NCBI GenBank assembly: GCA_964470695.1
Contig: CAYYDR010000001.1
Location: 273,997 to 337,996, forward strand
Length of the DNA stretch: 64,000 nt
Reading direction: 5' to 3'
Source: an uncultured Gammaproteobacteria bacterium
GTDB taxonomy: Bacteria; Patescibacteriota; Patescibacteriia; Patescibacteriales; UBA12465
Shown here: positions 17,561 to 28,885 of the stretch, piece after piece
Position numbering within the stretch: position 1 is the stretch's first letter
Layout of the letters: each line of letters begins with the position of its first letter
Made by a program: the position numbers and the translations under genes
Notes under the pieces: generated by a model
Seen by the model: the letters and a program-made list of their open reading frames with translations, nothing else
Databases searched by the model: none
Told to the model about the DNA's origin: nothing

Positions 17561-18736
17561 ATGACAGTAAAGTCAATTGACAAACTAAAAAATTTGTCTG
17601 GTCAGGCAGTCTTTTTGCGGGTTGATTTTAATGTCCCCTTGCAGCGAGGCAAGATTAGGGAAGACTATAAGATTAAGGCGGGCTTGGAAACAATAGAATT
17701 TCTAGCCGCTCAAGGAGCGCGCCTAATAGTCGCTACCCATTTAGGCGAGCCAAAAGGAATTGATAAAACCTTGTCAGTTAAGCCGGTTGCTACGCGCCTC
17801 CAATTACTATTAAAGAAGCCGGTAAAATTTTTGAGTTCGGTGTCAGTGGAAAAAATCCGGGGAGCTGTTAATAGCTTAGAGCCGGGCGGGATTGTAATGC
17901 TGGAAAACTTACGTTTTAATTCCGGTGAATATAATAACGACGCCGTTTATGCTAAAAGCTTAGCTTCTCTTGCTGATATATATGTTAATGACGCCTTTGC
18001 TGTTTGCCACCGGCCCCAAGCTTCGGTAGCGGCTATAAATAAATATTTACCGTCTTACTCCGGTTTATTGCTCAGCAAGGAACTGGCCGCTTTAGATAAT
18101 ATTGTCAGACCGAAAAAACCGCTGGCAATAATAATGGGCGGAGCTAAAATTAATACCAAAGCTCCTTTAATCGCCAAATTGTATCCGGCGGCGGGCAGTA
18201 TTTTAATCGGCGGCGCCCTCGCTAATAATTTTTTTAAATTTCAAGGCTTAGAAATCGGCCGCTCTTTGTTTGATAAAGATAGTCTGGCGGTGATTAAGAA
18301 ATTTTTTACTGGCTCAAAATTGAAACCTAAGATTAAGCTGCCGCTTGATGTTGTCGTGCAAGATAAAAAAGGCAAGGTTAGAGTAGCCTTGCCACCAAGC
18401 GTTCGCAAAGATGAAATGATATTGGACATTGGTCCCAAGACTATTGCTCTTTATGCTTCAGAAATCAGAGCCGCTAAAACCTTAGCTTGGAATGGCCCGA
18501 TGGGGAAGTATGAAGAAAAAAGCTTTAAACACGGAACTCTTGCTATTGCCAGTTTAGTGGCGGCCCGTTCTTCAGGGGCGGCCTATGGCCTAGTTGGCGG
18601 TGGCGAGACGGTTGAAGCGCTTAAACTTTCAGGCATGTCCGAATATGTTGATTGGGTATCAACCGCTGGCGGCGCTATGCTGACTTATCTGGGCGGCGGC
18701 GCTATGCCAGGACTAAAAGGACTTTATCTTAAATAA
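17561..18736 (+). CDS. pgk: Phosphoglycerate kinase
   Basis: 391 aa. RVDFNVP, the ATHLGEPKG-type N-domain and the C-terminal GGGETV / STAGGA motifs. Confidence 0.95.
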   Translation: MTVKSIDKLKNLSGQAVFLRVDFNVPLQRGKIREDYKIKAGLETIEFLAAQGARLIVATHLGEPKGIDKTLSVKPVATRLQLLLKKPVKFLSSVSVEKIRGAVNSLEPGGIVMLENLRFNSGEYNNDAVYAKSLASLADIYVNDAFAVCHRPQASVAAINKYLPSYSGLLLSKELAALDNIVRPKKPLAIIMGGAKINTKAPLIAKLYPAAGSILIGGALANNFFKFQGLEIGRSLFDKDSLAVIKKFFTGSKLKPKIKLPLDVVVQDKKGKVRVALPPSVRKDEMILDIGPKTIALYASEIRAAKTLAWNGPMGKYEEKSFKHGTLAIASLVAARSSGAAYGLVGGGETVEALKLSGMSEYVDWVSTAGGAMLTYLGGGAMPGLKGLYLK

Positions 18737-18753
18737 ATTTTTATATAAATTAT

Positions 18754-20004
18754 ATGGCCAAGATAAAAAGTATCAAGGCTCGTGAAATTTTAGACTCGCG
18801 CGGCTGGCCGACTATAGAGGCTCGTGTTTTTTTAGATAATGGCTTAAGCGCCTCCGCTAGCGTGGCCAGTGGAACTTCCGTAGGACGCCATGAAGCGTAT
18901 GAACTTCGCGACGGTGATTCCCGGCGTTATAAAGGGCATGGCGTTTTAAAAGCTGTCCAAAAAATTAATGAAGTTATTGCTCCTGAGCTCATCGGCCGCG
19001 CGGTAACTGAACAAAGAAAAATTGATGAATCTCTGATAAAATTAGACGGCAGTCTAGATAAAAGAAATTTAGGAGCTAATTCTATTCTAGCGGTTTCTTT
19101 GGCGGTAGCGAGAGCGGCTGCTCTGAGTGCTAAACAAGAATTATTTATTTATCTTAAGGAGACTTTTTCTTTAGGCGAGCCGAAAATACCGGTGCCTCTT
19201 TTTAATATTTTTAACGGCGGCAAACACGCTGATACCAATCTTGATTTTCAGGAATTTTTGGTAATTCCTAAAAAGCAAAGAGCGGCGGAGATGATTCGTT
19301 TAGGGGCCGAAGTTTTTCAAGAGCTCGGCTTAGTTTTGCGAGAGTCTGGTTATGATACTGACACCGGCATTGAGGGCGGCTATGCACCTAATTTAGATTC
19401 CAGCATTGAGGCGCTAGAATTAATAATGGCCGCTTCCCTTAGAGCTGGCTATAAGCCGGGGCAGGACGTTAATCTTGGCATTGATGTCGGCTCATCGGTT
19501 TTATATGATTTAGAAAGTAAAAAATATGTTTTTCCTTTAGATAATAATTATTTCCATTCTGCTAACTTAATCGGTTTGTATAATGAATGGTTAAAAAAGT
19601 ATCCATTAATCTATTTAGAGGACGCCTTAGCAGAAGATGAGTGGGATGATTGGCGTGAATTGACCGCTGAGCTAGGCTCTAAGATGCTTATTGTCGGTGA
19701 TGATTTATTTGCTAGCAGCGCTAGTCGCCTGCGCCATGGCTTGAAAGAAAAGGCTGCTAATGCTATCATCATCAAGCCTAACCAGATCGGTACTTTAAGC
19801 GAAGCGATTGATTGCTTAAGCCTAGCTCAGAAGCATCATTATAAAGTAATAATTTCTCAGCGCAGCGGCGAGACAACTGATGATTTTATCGTTGATTTAG
19901 CAGTAGCTAGCGGTGCTGATTATCTTAAGGCGGGATCTTTATCAAGGGGCGAAAGAGTGACTAAATATAATCGTTTAATGGAAATAGATAATTTATTGAA
20001 CTAA
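18754..20004 (+). CDS. eno: Enolase
   Basis: 416 aa. AREILDSRGWPT N-terminus, IKPNQIGTLSE, SQRSGETTD motifs. Confidence 0.95.
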   Translation: MAKIKSIKAREILDSRGWPTIEARVFLDNGLSASASVASGTSVGRHEAYELRDGDSRRYKGHGVLKAVQKINEVIAPELIGRAVTEQRKIDESLIKLDGSLDKRNLGANSILAVSLAVARAAALSAKQELFIYLKETFSLGEPKIPVPLFNIFNGGKHADTNLDFQEFLVIPKKQRAAEMIRLGAEVFQELGLVLRESGYDTDTGIEGGYAPNLDSSIEALELIMAASLRAGYKPGQDVNLGIDVGSSVLYDLESKKYVFPLDNNYFHSANLIGLYNEWLKKYPLIYLEDALAEDEWDDWRELTAELGSKMLIVGDDLFASSASRLRHGLKEKAANAIIIKPNQIGTLSEAIDCLSLAQKHHYKVIISQRSGETTDDFIVDLAVASGADYLKAGSLSRGERVTKYNRLMEIDNLLN

Positions 20005-20006
20005 TT

Positions 20007-20927
20007 ATGACTGAGGAAAACGATGGCAAAGGAGAAAACAATAGTAATCATAAGCAGCGGCCGAGACCGGTCGTTTTGCTTTTGTTAGACGGTTGGGGAA
20101 TTGCTCCGGCCGGAGAGTCAAATGCCATTAGCGCGTCTAAGACGTCGGTATTTTCCTATTTAGTAAAAGAGTATCCCGTGGCTGTTTTAACTCCCGGCCA
20201 TAATAACCTTAACGCCCGTTACTTATCGCTAGGGTCAGGGCGAGACATTATTGATGAAAATATGGCTGTGACTGGAACCTTAACGGCCGCCCTATCTGCG
20301 GCTGGCTTAAAGCAGATTAAGATTTCTGAGACAGAGCGTTTTGCGGCCTTAACCCATTTTTTTAATGGCCATGCGGAGAATAAATTAATAGGAGAGGATT
20401 GGCGCATTGTTTCCTCAGAGGCCGGTGATCATACAGTTAAGCCAGCCCTGGCCATGCAAAGGACAGTTAAGGAGATAATAAAAGCCATTGAAGGGGAAGA
20501 AGCTCCGGACTTAATAATCGCGGCTATCCCTTATCTTGATTTAGTGGCGGCTAGCGGAGATTTTGTGAGCGTTAAAAAAGCGGTTTTAGCTTTAGATAAA
20601 AAATTAAAAGATATTGTCGCCTCTATTTCCGCTAAAGGAGGCATGCTTATTATTTCTTCAGCTTGCGGCAACGCCGAACGGATGCGCAACTTAGGGATTG
20701 ATATGCCGGATACGAATTTTACTGATAACCCTGTCCCTTTATTATTTATCGGGCCGGAATTAAAAGGCAAAAATATTGGCTTGGCTGATCCGCTTAATGA
20801 TGATTTAAGCTTATTAGCCCCCATTGGCAGTCTGGCTGATTTAGCACCTACTATTTTAAATATTTTAGAAGTGCCTGTACCGCGAGAAATGACTGGAACT
20901 AATTTAATTGATCTTAATAAAGAATAA
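20007..20927 (+). CDS. Truncated iPGM-like (alkaline-phosphatase superfamily) protein, predicted catalytic ligands degenerate
   Basis: 306 aa, against about 510 aa for cofactor-independent PGM. It keeps the N-terminal LLLLDGWG and the C-terminal LADLAPTILNILEVPVPREMTG. It lacks the MGNSEVGH serine motif and the whole transferase domain. It has SACGNA where iPGM has ADHGNA. Confidence 0.6.
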   Translation: MTEENDGKGENNSNHKQRPRPVVLLLLDGWGIAPAGESNAISASKTSVFSYLVKEYPVAVLTPGHNNLNARYLSLGSGRDIIDENMAVTGTLTAALSAAGLKQIKISETERFAALTHFFNGHAENKLIGEDWRIVSSEAGDHTVKPALAMQRTVKEIIKAIEGEEAPDLIIAAIPYLDLVAASGDFVSVKKAVLALDKKLKDIVASISAKGGMLIISSACGNAERMRNLGIDMPDTNFTDNPVPLLFIGPELKGKNIGLADPLNDDLSLLAPIGSLADLAPTILNILEVPVPREMTGTNLIDLNKE

Positions 20928-20975
20928 TAAAAGTAGCTTTTGTCTTTTGAATTTTGGAATAACTTTACCAGTACT

Positions 20976-21004
20976 AAAAAATCCTGCCGAGCAGGATTTT
21001 TTTT
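20976..21004. terminator. Bidirectional terminator hairpin
   Basis: AATCCTGC-CGA-GCAGGATT stem-loop flanked by A5 and T8 runs, between convergent genes. Confidence 0.8.
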
Positions 21005-21041
21005 GTTAGCTATATGGAGAGTCGCCTAGTAAGAGAATAAT

Positions 21042-21473
21042 TTAAAATAACCAATAGCCCAGCCAGCTAGTTACAGCGCCAACTAGAGCGCCGATTATAA
21101 CTTGGAGCGGAGTGTGTCCGATGTGTTCTAAAAGTTTCGGATAGCTGCGGTCCAAGAATTCATCTTCTTTCAGGTCTTTAACTAAGATATTTAGAGTCTT
21201 GCCGTGTTGGCCGAGATAATTTCGTAAACCGATAGCATCAACTATGACAATAGTGGCGAAGACAAAGGCGGTTGCGAAAATTGGGGAAGATATTCCGAGC
21301 TTTAAGCCTAGTATGGAAACTAGAGACACGACGACAGCTGTATGTCCAGATGGCATATCAGAATAAGCGAAAACATTATGCCAAGTTATTTTTTGATGAA
21401 AGGATTGTAGCAGGACTTTTGTTCCCTGGGCGAGGATGAAGGCAATAATAGGGCAGAGAAGATAAATGTACAT
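21042..21473 (-). CDS. Divergent PAP2 / DUF212 family membrane protein (acid phosphatase / vanadium haloperoxidase-related)
   Basis: 143 aa, 4 hydrophobic segments. DMPSGHTA and HTPLQV motifs resemble the DUF212 family. Confidence 0.65.
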   Translation of the reverse strand: MYIYLLCPIIAFILAQGTKVLLQSFHQKITWHNVFAYSDMPSGHTAVVVSLVSILGLKLGISSPIFATAFVFATIVIVDAIGLRNYLGQHGKTLNILVKDLKEDEFLDRSYPKLLEHIGHTPLQVIIGALVGAVTSWLGYWLF

Positions 21474-21483
21474 ATGTTTTATT

Positions 21484-23562
<2,079 letters not shown>

Positions 23563-23745
23563 TTAAAACAAAAAATTCCCATTTTTCCGGGTATTTTCGT
23601 CTGATTTTTAAGTATATTATCTAGTATTATCTTAGCAAAAAAAATAGGGCTTGGCAAATGGATAAAACCTTAATATTATTGACTTTTCTTTGATTTTATT
23701 ATAATATATTTTAATAATTTTTCTTTTATAAATAGAAGGTGTGAC

Positions 23746-24018
23746 ATGACTACAGACCAAGTAGTTTGGAGTATAATATTGTCTGTTTGTTGGGTAGTTG
23801 TCTCATTCGGTCAATATAACCAGGGAAAGAAGATAAAGACCAAAGAAACTACTAAAAATGTTTCAGTAATTTTGCCTCTAGCAGTAATATTTGCTCAGGT
23901 TATTCTTTTTATTAAGGGCGTTTATTACTCGGATTGGTCTTTGATTGCCGGAGCTATAGCTGTTAACATTGGAGCTTTATACAATCTTTTTTACCTTATC
24001 AAGTACCGTAACCGTTAG
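23746..24018 (+). CDS. Small 3-TM membrane protein, possibly SemiSWEET/PQ-loop-like
   Basis: 90 aa, three hydrophobic helices. A Q-x2-K-x-K-x-K-x5-S pattern after TM1 is reminiscent of PQ-loop proteins. AAGGTG lies 4 nt upstream of the ATG. The family call is weak. Confidence 0.45.
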   Translation: MTTDQVVWSIILSVCWVVVSFGQYNQGKKIKTKETTKNVSVILPLAVIFAQVILFIKGVYYSDWSLIAGAIAVNIGALYNLFYLIKYRNR

Positions 24019-24072
24019 GATAATTTATGAAAATAAATTTTTTCTTAACGGTTTTTTCTTTATCAGGGGATA

Positions 24073-24081
24073 TGTTATAAT
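24073..24081 (+). promoter_or_regulatory. Extended -10 promoter (TGTTATAAT) 7 nt upstream of the epimerase ATG
   Basis: TGnTATAAT at 24073-24081; ATG at 24089. This predicts a leaderless or near-leaderless transcript. Confidence 0.55.
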
Positions 24082-24088
24082 ATTTTAT

Positions 24089-25018
24089 ATGTCTAAAATC
24101 ATTGTCACCGGCGGCGCCGGTTTTATCGGCTCAACTTTGGTTGACCAGTTAATAGAACAGGGAAATGAAGTAGTCGTTATTGACGACTTATCTTCCGGTC
24201 GGCGCGACTACCTTAATCCGGCCGCCAAGTTTTACGAAGTTGATATTTGTTCTCCGGATTTAGCGAAAATTTTTGCCGCCGAGAAACCGGAGTTTGTCTA
24301 TCATTTAGCGGCTCAGATAGAAGTGCCTAAATCAATGCTTAACCCTGTACATGATAATAATGTTAATGTCTTGGGCGGGCTTAATATTTTAGTTAATTGC
24401 CGTGAATACGGCGTTAAGAAAATTATTTTTTCTTCAACCGGCGGAGCAATTTATGGCGATGCGGAAGAAATTCCGACTACGGAGTCTTATCCGCCTTACC
24501 CGGTTTCTTTTTATGGTATCCATAAATTAACCTTTGAAAAATATTTGAACTGTTATTACCAGGTTTACGGGCTTGATTATACTATTTTGCGTTTTGCTAA
24601 TGTCTATGGTCCGCGCCAGTTTAAAGGCGGAGAAGCGGGCGTAATTTCTATTTTTGTTGATAATGCTGTTAAGGGTCTGATGAGTAAGCAATATGGCGAT
24701 GGCCAGCAGACTCGCGACTTTGTTTATATTGATGATGTGGTCCGCGCTTTAATTTTTGCAAAAGATATAACTTGTCACGGGGAGCTTAATATTGGTTCTG
24801 GCGTAGAAAGTAGTTTGCTTGATATCCGTCGTGATATTGAAAAAGCACTTGGAGCAGCGATGGCGGTTACTGAAGAGCCGGCAAAACCCGGAGAACAGCG
24901 GCGCAGTTGCTTGAGTTATAAACGAGCCCAGGATGTACTTAATTGGCAGCCCGAAATTGGATTAGAGGAAGGCGTTAAGAGAACAATTAATTGGGCGAAG
25001 AAAGCTATTAATAATTAA
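24089..25018 (+). CDS. NAD-dependent nucleotide-sugar epimerase (GalE/UDP-glucose 4-epimerase family)
   Basis: Start set at MSKIIVTGGAGFIGS (Rossmann GxxGxxG at the N-terminus). YGIHK = YxxxK catalytic motif. The 40-aa N-terminal extension in the ORF track is low-complexity and covers the promoter. Confidence 0.85.
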   Translation: MSKIIVTGGAGFIGSTLVDQLIEQGNEVVVIDDLSSGRRDYLNPAAKFYEVDICSPDLAKIFAAEKPEFVYHLAAQIEVPKSMLNPVHDNNVNVLGGLNILVNCREYGVKKIIFSSTGGAIYGDAEEIPTTESYPPYPVSFYGIHKLTFEKYLNCYYQVYGLDYTILRFANVYGPRQFKGGEAGVISIFVDNAVKGLMSKQYGDGQQTRDFVYIDDVVRALIFAKDITCHGELNIGSGVESSLLDIRRDIEKALGAAMAVTEEPAKPGEQRRSCLSYKRAQDVLNWQPEIGLEEGVKRTINWAKKAINN

Positions 25019-25022
25019 TTTT

Positions 25023-25751
25023 ATGAAAAAGTTAATCATGGCTAACTGGAAGATGCAGCTTAGTTATAAAGATAGCTTGGCTTTAGCTAAAATTTTTAAA
25101 CAGAAGATTAAAAATAATAACCACGATTTAGTGATTTGCCCAGATTATCTGTCTCTGCCAGCCGTCGCCACCCTCCTAAAAGGCAGTTATTTACATTTAG
25201 GCGCCCAAGATAGCGCTGTTGCCGCTTTAGGGGCCTATACGGGCGAGGTTTCGCCGGCCAACCTTAAGTCACTGGGCGTAGAATATGTAATTATCGGCCA
25301 TAGCGAGCGTCGTGAGCATTTACATGAAAATAGCGCCATTATTAATGCTAAAATAAAGACCGCTCTTAGCCATAAATTAATCCCGGTTTTGTGTATTGGC
25401 GAAAGATTAATTGAGAAAGAAAATGGTGAAGCAAAAAAATATTTATCCGAACAGCTGAGCCAAGCTTTAAAAGGGATTAAACTGAAAAAAGCGACTGATT
25501 TAGTAATTGCCTATGAGCCGCTGTGGGCGATCGGCACCGGGCAGGCTATTATTCCTATGGAGGCCAGTATTATTAATTCCTTCATTAAGGATAAGTCCGC
25601 TAAGATGCTGGGCAAGACCGTGCGCGTTTTATACGGCGGTAGCGTCAGTGCTAGTAATGCTCCTCTATTTTTAAAGGAGAAGAATGTTGATGGATTTTTA
25701 ATTGGCGGGGCCTCTTTGAAGATTGAGGAATTTAAAAAAATATGCTCGTAA
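25023..25751 (+). CDS. tpiA: Triosephosphate isomerase
   Basis: 242 aa. ANWKM, GHSERR, AYEPLWAIGTG, GGASL motifs. Confidence 0.95.
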   Translation: MKKLIMANWKMQLSYKDSLALAKIFKQKIKNNNHDLVICPDYLSLPAVATLLKGSYLHLGAQDSAVAALGAYTGEVSPANLKSLGVEYVIIGHSERREHLHENSAIINAKIKTALSHKLIPVLCIGERLIEKENGEAKKYLSEQLSQALKGIKLKKATDLVIAYEPLWAIGTGQAIIPMEASIINSFIKDKSAKMLGKTVRVLYGGSVSASNAPLFLKEKNVDGFLIGGASLKIEEFKKICS

Positions 25752-26548
25752 CTATTTCTATTATATTAATTTGTTTAGCGACTATTATTATTTTAGCTAT
25801 CGTCGTCAAAAAATTTCCGGCCATGGCTATTTTAGATGTGGCTAATATCCCGGGCGAAAAAGAAGCTAAGTTTAAGGAGCAGATTATGAAGGCGCGCGTA
25901 GAGCGCGATTTGTCGCGTTTTACCGGAATTGTCGGCAGGATTTGGCTTTCTTTAGTTAAAGGCCTTTCCGCCTTTTTGCAGTCCAGGCAGGCTAGTCTTA
26001 AAAAGATTAAGATTAATTATAAAGTAGGTTTAAAAATGCCTTGGCTAGAGAAGCAGAAGCAGATTAGAAAACTATGGGCTGAAGCGGAGGAAGCGCTTAA
26101 GAAAGAAGATGAAGTTAAGGGGGAAGAGAAATTAGTGGAGATAATAAGTTTAGATCAGAAAAATTTAAACGCTTTTTTTAAGCTGGCTAGTTTGTATGAT
26201 AGCCAGAAGAAATGGCCGGAAGCGCGCCAGACCTATGAGTACGCTCTTAAATTAGCCCGCCAGCATAAAGATAGGGAAGAAATTAGCGGCGATATTAGCG
26301 CCCAAGAAGTTTATTTTTCTTTAGCTAAGGTTGAAAAAGAGGCGGCCGATCTGAGTGAAGCCTTGGAAAATATCCGCGAGGCGCTAGAAATTGAACCGAA
26401 CAATCCGCGTTATCTTGATTTAATTTTAGATTTAAGTATAATAAGAAAAGATAAAAATTTAGCCCAGGAGTGCTTAGCTAAATTGGCGGCCGTCAATCCC
26501 GAAAACCAAAAACTGGAAGAATGGGAAGAAAAGGTCGGTAGTTTGTAA
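25742..26548 (+). CDS. Membrane-anchored TPR-repeat protein
   Basis: 268 aa. N-terminal TM helix (ISIILICLATIIILAIVV). The C-terminal half has TPR-like repeats (FFKLASLYDSQKKWPEARQTYEYALKL; ALENIREALEIEPNNPRYLDLILDL). Confidence 0.7.
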   Translation: MLVTISIILICLATIIILAIVVKKFPAMAILDVANIPGEKEAKFKEQIMKARVERDLSRFTGIVGRIWLSLVKGLSAFLQSRQASLKKIKINYKVGLKMPWLEKQKQIRKLWAEAEEALKKEDEVKGEEKLVEIISLDQKNLNAFFKLASLYDSQKKWPEARQTYEYALKLARQHKDREEISGDISAQEVYFSLAKVEKEAADLSEALENIREALEIEPNNPRYLDLILDLSIIRKDKNLAQECLAKLAAVNPENQKLEEWEEKVGSL

Positions 26549-26565
26549 AAGTTTTTATTAGTTAG

Positions 26566-26638
26566 GCCGTTGTAGCTCAGCTGGTAGAGCATCTCCATGG
26601 TAAGGAGAAGGTCACCGGTTCAATCCCGGTCAACGGCT
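26566..26638 (+). tRNA. tRNA-Thr (anticodon GGT)
   Basis: GCCGTTG-TA-GCTC..GAGC-A-TCTCC-ATGGTAA-GGAGA-AGGTC-ACCGG-TTCAATC-CCGGT-CAACGGC-T. Full cloverleaf; CCA not encoded. Confidence 0.9.
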
Positions 26639-26737
26639 CAGTTTCAGAGAATCGCTTAATAGGCGATTTTTTGTTTATTATTAGCTTATTTATTAGATAA
26701 ATAAAGTGTTTTTATCTATTATATTATTGTATATCTA

Positions 26738-26766
26738 TTGACAAAATCTTAAAAATAGTGTATAAT
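26738..26766 (+). promoter_or_regulatory. Consensus sigma70 promoter
   Basis: TTGACA (26738-26743), 17-nt spacer, TATAAT (26761-26766). Perfect -35 and -10 hexamers. Confidence 0.75.
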
Positions 26767-26867
26767 TTTATTACTTAAATGAGAATAGGATGCCCCGGCA
26801 AAAAGGGCTCTTTTACAACAGAATTCAAAAAAATAAAAATAAAAATGCTCGAGGAGGGCAAAAAGTA

Positions 26868-27521
26868 ATGGCTAATAAAATAGTAGATTTTGCACAAAAC
26901 TTTCTTTATCATGAATTGCTTGAAGGAGCAATTAAAGAGATATTTAATCTCGGCATGGAGAAAGTGAAAGAAGGTCTAAAAGCAAAGAGTTTTGGATTTG
27001 GCATTAATGACGAGTTGTTATTTCTTTCAGCGTGCTATATAGCCAAGAAAGAATTAAACGTTACTGATGACGGAATACTTTTAGTCTGCCGCGCTATTGA
27101 TACTCTCGCGTCAGGAGACAGAAAAAGAATCATCCGGATGATCGGCGCTAATGAACAAGAGCGCACGGTTAAGGGTCCAGCTCTTGATAAAACAGGAGCG
27201 CCGGTAATTGATAAAAAAGGCAACCCGATGAACCAAGAAACAAAGATTCTTGAAAATGTCCGTGGCGCTCAGATGATCAAAATGCTGGCCGATTTGGGCG
27301 ATACTAATAAGATATTAGAAGTATTTAAGTCGGTGGGAGTTGATGGCAATTCTGATTTTGAAAAGTTTTTTCAAGAAATCAAAAGAATCGCTACTAAAAT
27401 CACTTCCAGCAACGTCGCGCAAAATCTTAAGTCTAATGCGGACCAATCGCTTACAAATTTGGAAGACGTGCTTAACACGCCTAACCCAATAGGCAGCTTA
27501 ATTAATTTTTTAACTAATTGA
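26868..27521 (+). CDS. Hypothetical soluble protein (217 aa), unknown function
   Basis: Start chosen at ATG 26868, preceded by GAGGAGGG (26851-26858). The track's ATG at 26790 is an alternative. Helical, charged, no TM segments, no motif recognised. Confidence 0.65.
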   Translation: MANKIVDFAQNFLYHELLEGAIKEIFNLGMEKVKEGLKAKSFGFGINDELLFLSACYIAKKELNVTDDGILLVCRAIDTLASGDRKRIIRMIGANEQERTVKGPALDKTGAPVIDKKGNPMNQETKILENVRGAQMIKMLADLGDTNKILEVFKSVGVDGNSDFEKFFQEIKRIATKITSSNVAQNLKSNADQSLTNLEDVLNTPNPIGSLINFLTN

Positions 27522-27543
27522 ACTGAAAGTTTAGGAGAGAAAA

Positions 27544-28785
27544 ATGTATATAATATTAATTATTGCCGTCGTAATTTTATTGGCCATAGTTAGGCCAACA
27601 CTTTTAGCAGCTATTATTAATGGCTTGCGGAATATTGTAAGTGAAATTTGGAGCTATCTTGCCCCGATAATTCCTTACTATATCTTAGGTACTTTGATAG
27701 CAATCGGCGCAATTGCTGCCTTTATTATTTTAGGGGTAGCCATTAACGTCCCAGTTGTTACAGGTATCTGCTTTTCACTATCTATTGTTTTATTTTATTT
27801 AGTTTTTTTAGTCCCCGGTTTATTCTTCCGCTTGATAAGAGTCAACCAAACAGTTTTCCCGCCAGCAATAAAAACAGCCGCCGCCTGGTTAGCCGTTCTT
27901 GGTTTCCTTGGTATGTTTTCCCCTGAGGCGCTGTCGTTTGACCTTCTTCTTGGCGTAGGGTTCTTAGCCTTTATCGCCTTAGGAATAGCCACAAAAACTG
28001 ATTTTTTGACTAAAGTAGCTTATCCGTTAGTACTGGCCATGTGTTTTATCGTGGTTTGGAAATTTGTTGCTCCTGAAAATTTTCGGGCAGCTACTCGTCA
28101 TTTCTATGCCAAGAACGCCCAAGTTAATTCTTGGAACGATAGAAAGAGCATAGAAGCCGAAGCTGACGCTTTAGTTACATATGCCCGGCCTAATCGTCAC
28201 ATCTCAGTGGTTTATATAGCTACGATGGAAAAAGATGAAGATGGTATTGAATACATCTCAGGAATGAAAGAAAAAGAAGATTTTTCTATTAACGAAAATA
28301 CTTTGATAAAAGTATATAATCACAAGGGTAATGTAATGCAGTATGAAGGACAGGGATTTGTAATGGTCCAGATTGCTAAGAAAAATGGAAGTTTTGTTAA
28401 TTCTGGGAAGTATTGGCTGGAAGCTGATTATTTAACAATTCTTTCCCCAGGCGATTTAGCCGAAGAAAGAAGAATAGCTGCCGAGCAAAAACAACGTGCA
28501 GCGACTATCGCTCAGCCCCAAGTTCAATTTCAGCCCACCGCATCCACAAAACCGACAGTTTATGAGGCTGTTGGTACTTATACTATAGCGGCAGGCAATC
28601 AGGAGTCTGGCTGGGTTACAGTTGCAAACTGCCGGCACTTTAACTTTACTCACTATAATTTTGAAATCGTCTATAAAGACGGTACCTCAAAAAAAGTTTG
28701 GGAAGAAAAAAGCCTACCTAGCATTGCTACTTTTAAAGTAATTAATCGTAGCAACGAGCCAGTTGGCTTGTTAGTAAAAGCGTAA
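27544..28785 (+). CDS. Membrane protein (about 6 TM) with beta-rich C-terminal domain, unknown function
   Basis: 413 aa. AGGAG lies 6 nt upstream of the ATG. The N-terminal 180 aa is hydrophobic and the C-terminal 230 aa is soluble. No motif recognised. Confidence 0.7.
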   Translation: MYIILIIAVVILLAIVRPTLLAAIINGLRNIVSEIWSYLAPIIPYYILGTLIAIGAIAAFIILGVAINVPVVTGICFSLSIVLFYLVFLVPGLFFRLIRVNQTVFPPAIKTAAAWLAVLGFLGMFSPEALSFDLLLGVGFLAFIALGIATKTDFLTKVAYPLVLAMCFIVVWKFVAPENFRAATRHFYAKNAQVNSWNDRKSIEAEADALVTYARPNRHISVVYIATMEKDEDGIEYISGMKEKEDFSINENTLIKVYNHKGNVMQYEGQGFVMVQIAKKNGSFVNSGKYWLEADYLTILSPGDLAEERRIAAEQKQRAATIAQPQVQFQPTASTKPTVYEAVGTYTIAAGNQESGWVTVANCRHFNFTHYNFEIVYKDGTSKKVWEEKSLPSIATFKVINRSNEPVGLLVKA

Positions 28786-28807
28786 ATAAAAAGTACATTT
28801 GATTCGG

Positions 28808-28840
28808 CGGACCAGTCTATTGATTGGTCCGTTTTTATTT
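28808..28840 (+). terminator. Rho-independent terminator
   Basis: CGGACCA-N10-TGGTCCG hairpin followed by TTTTTATTTTTTT. Confidence 0.75.
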
Positions 28841-28852
28841 TTTTAGAGTATA

Positions 28853-28861
28853 TGTTATAAT
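28853..28861 (+). promoter_or_regulatory. Extended -10 promoter (TGTTATAAT)
   Basis: TGnTATAAT match 25 nt upstream of the 28886 ATG. Confidence 0.5.
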
Positions 28862-28885
28862 ATTAGTAATAAAATTATTAAAAAT

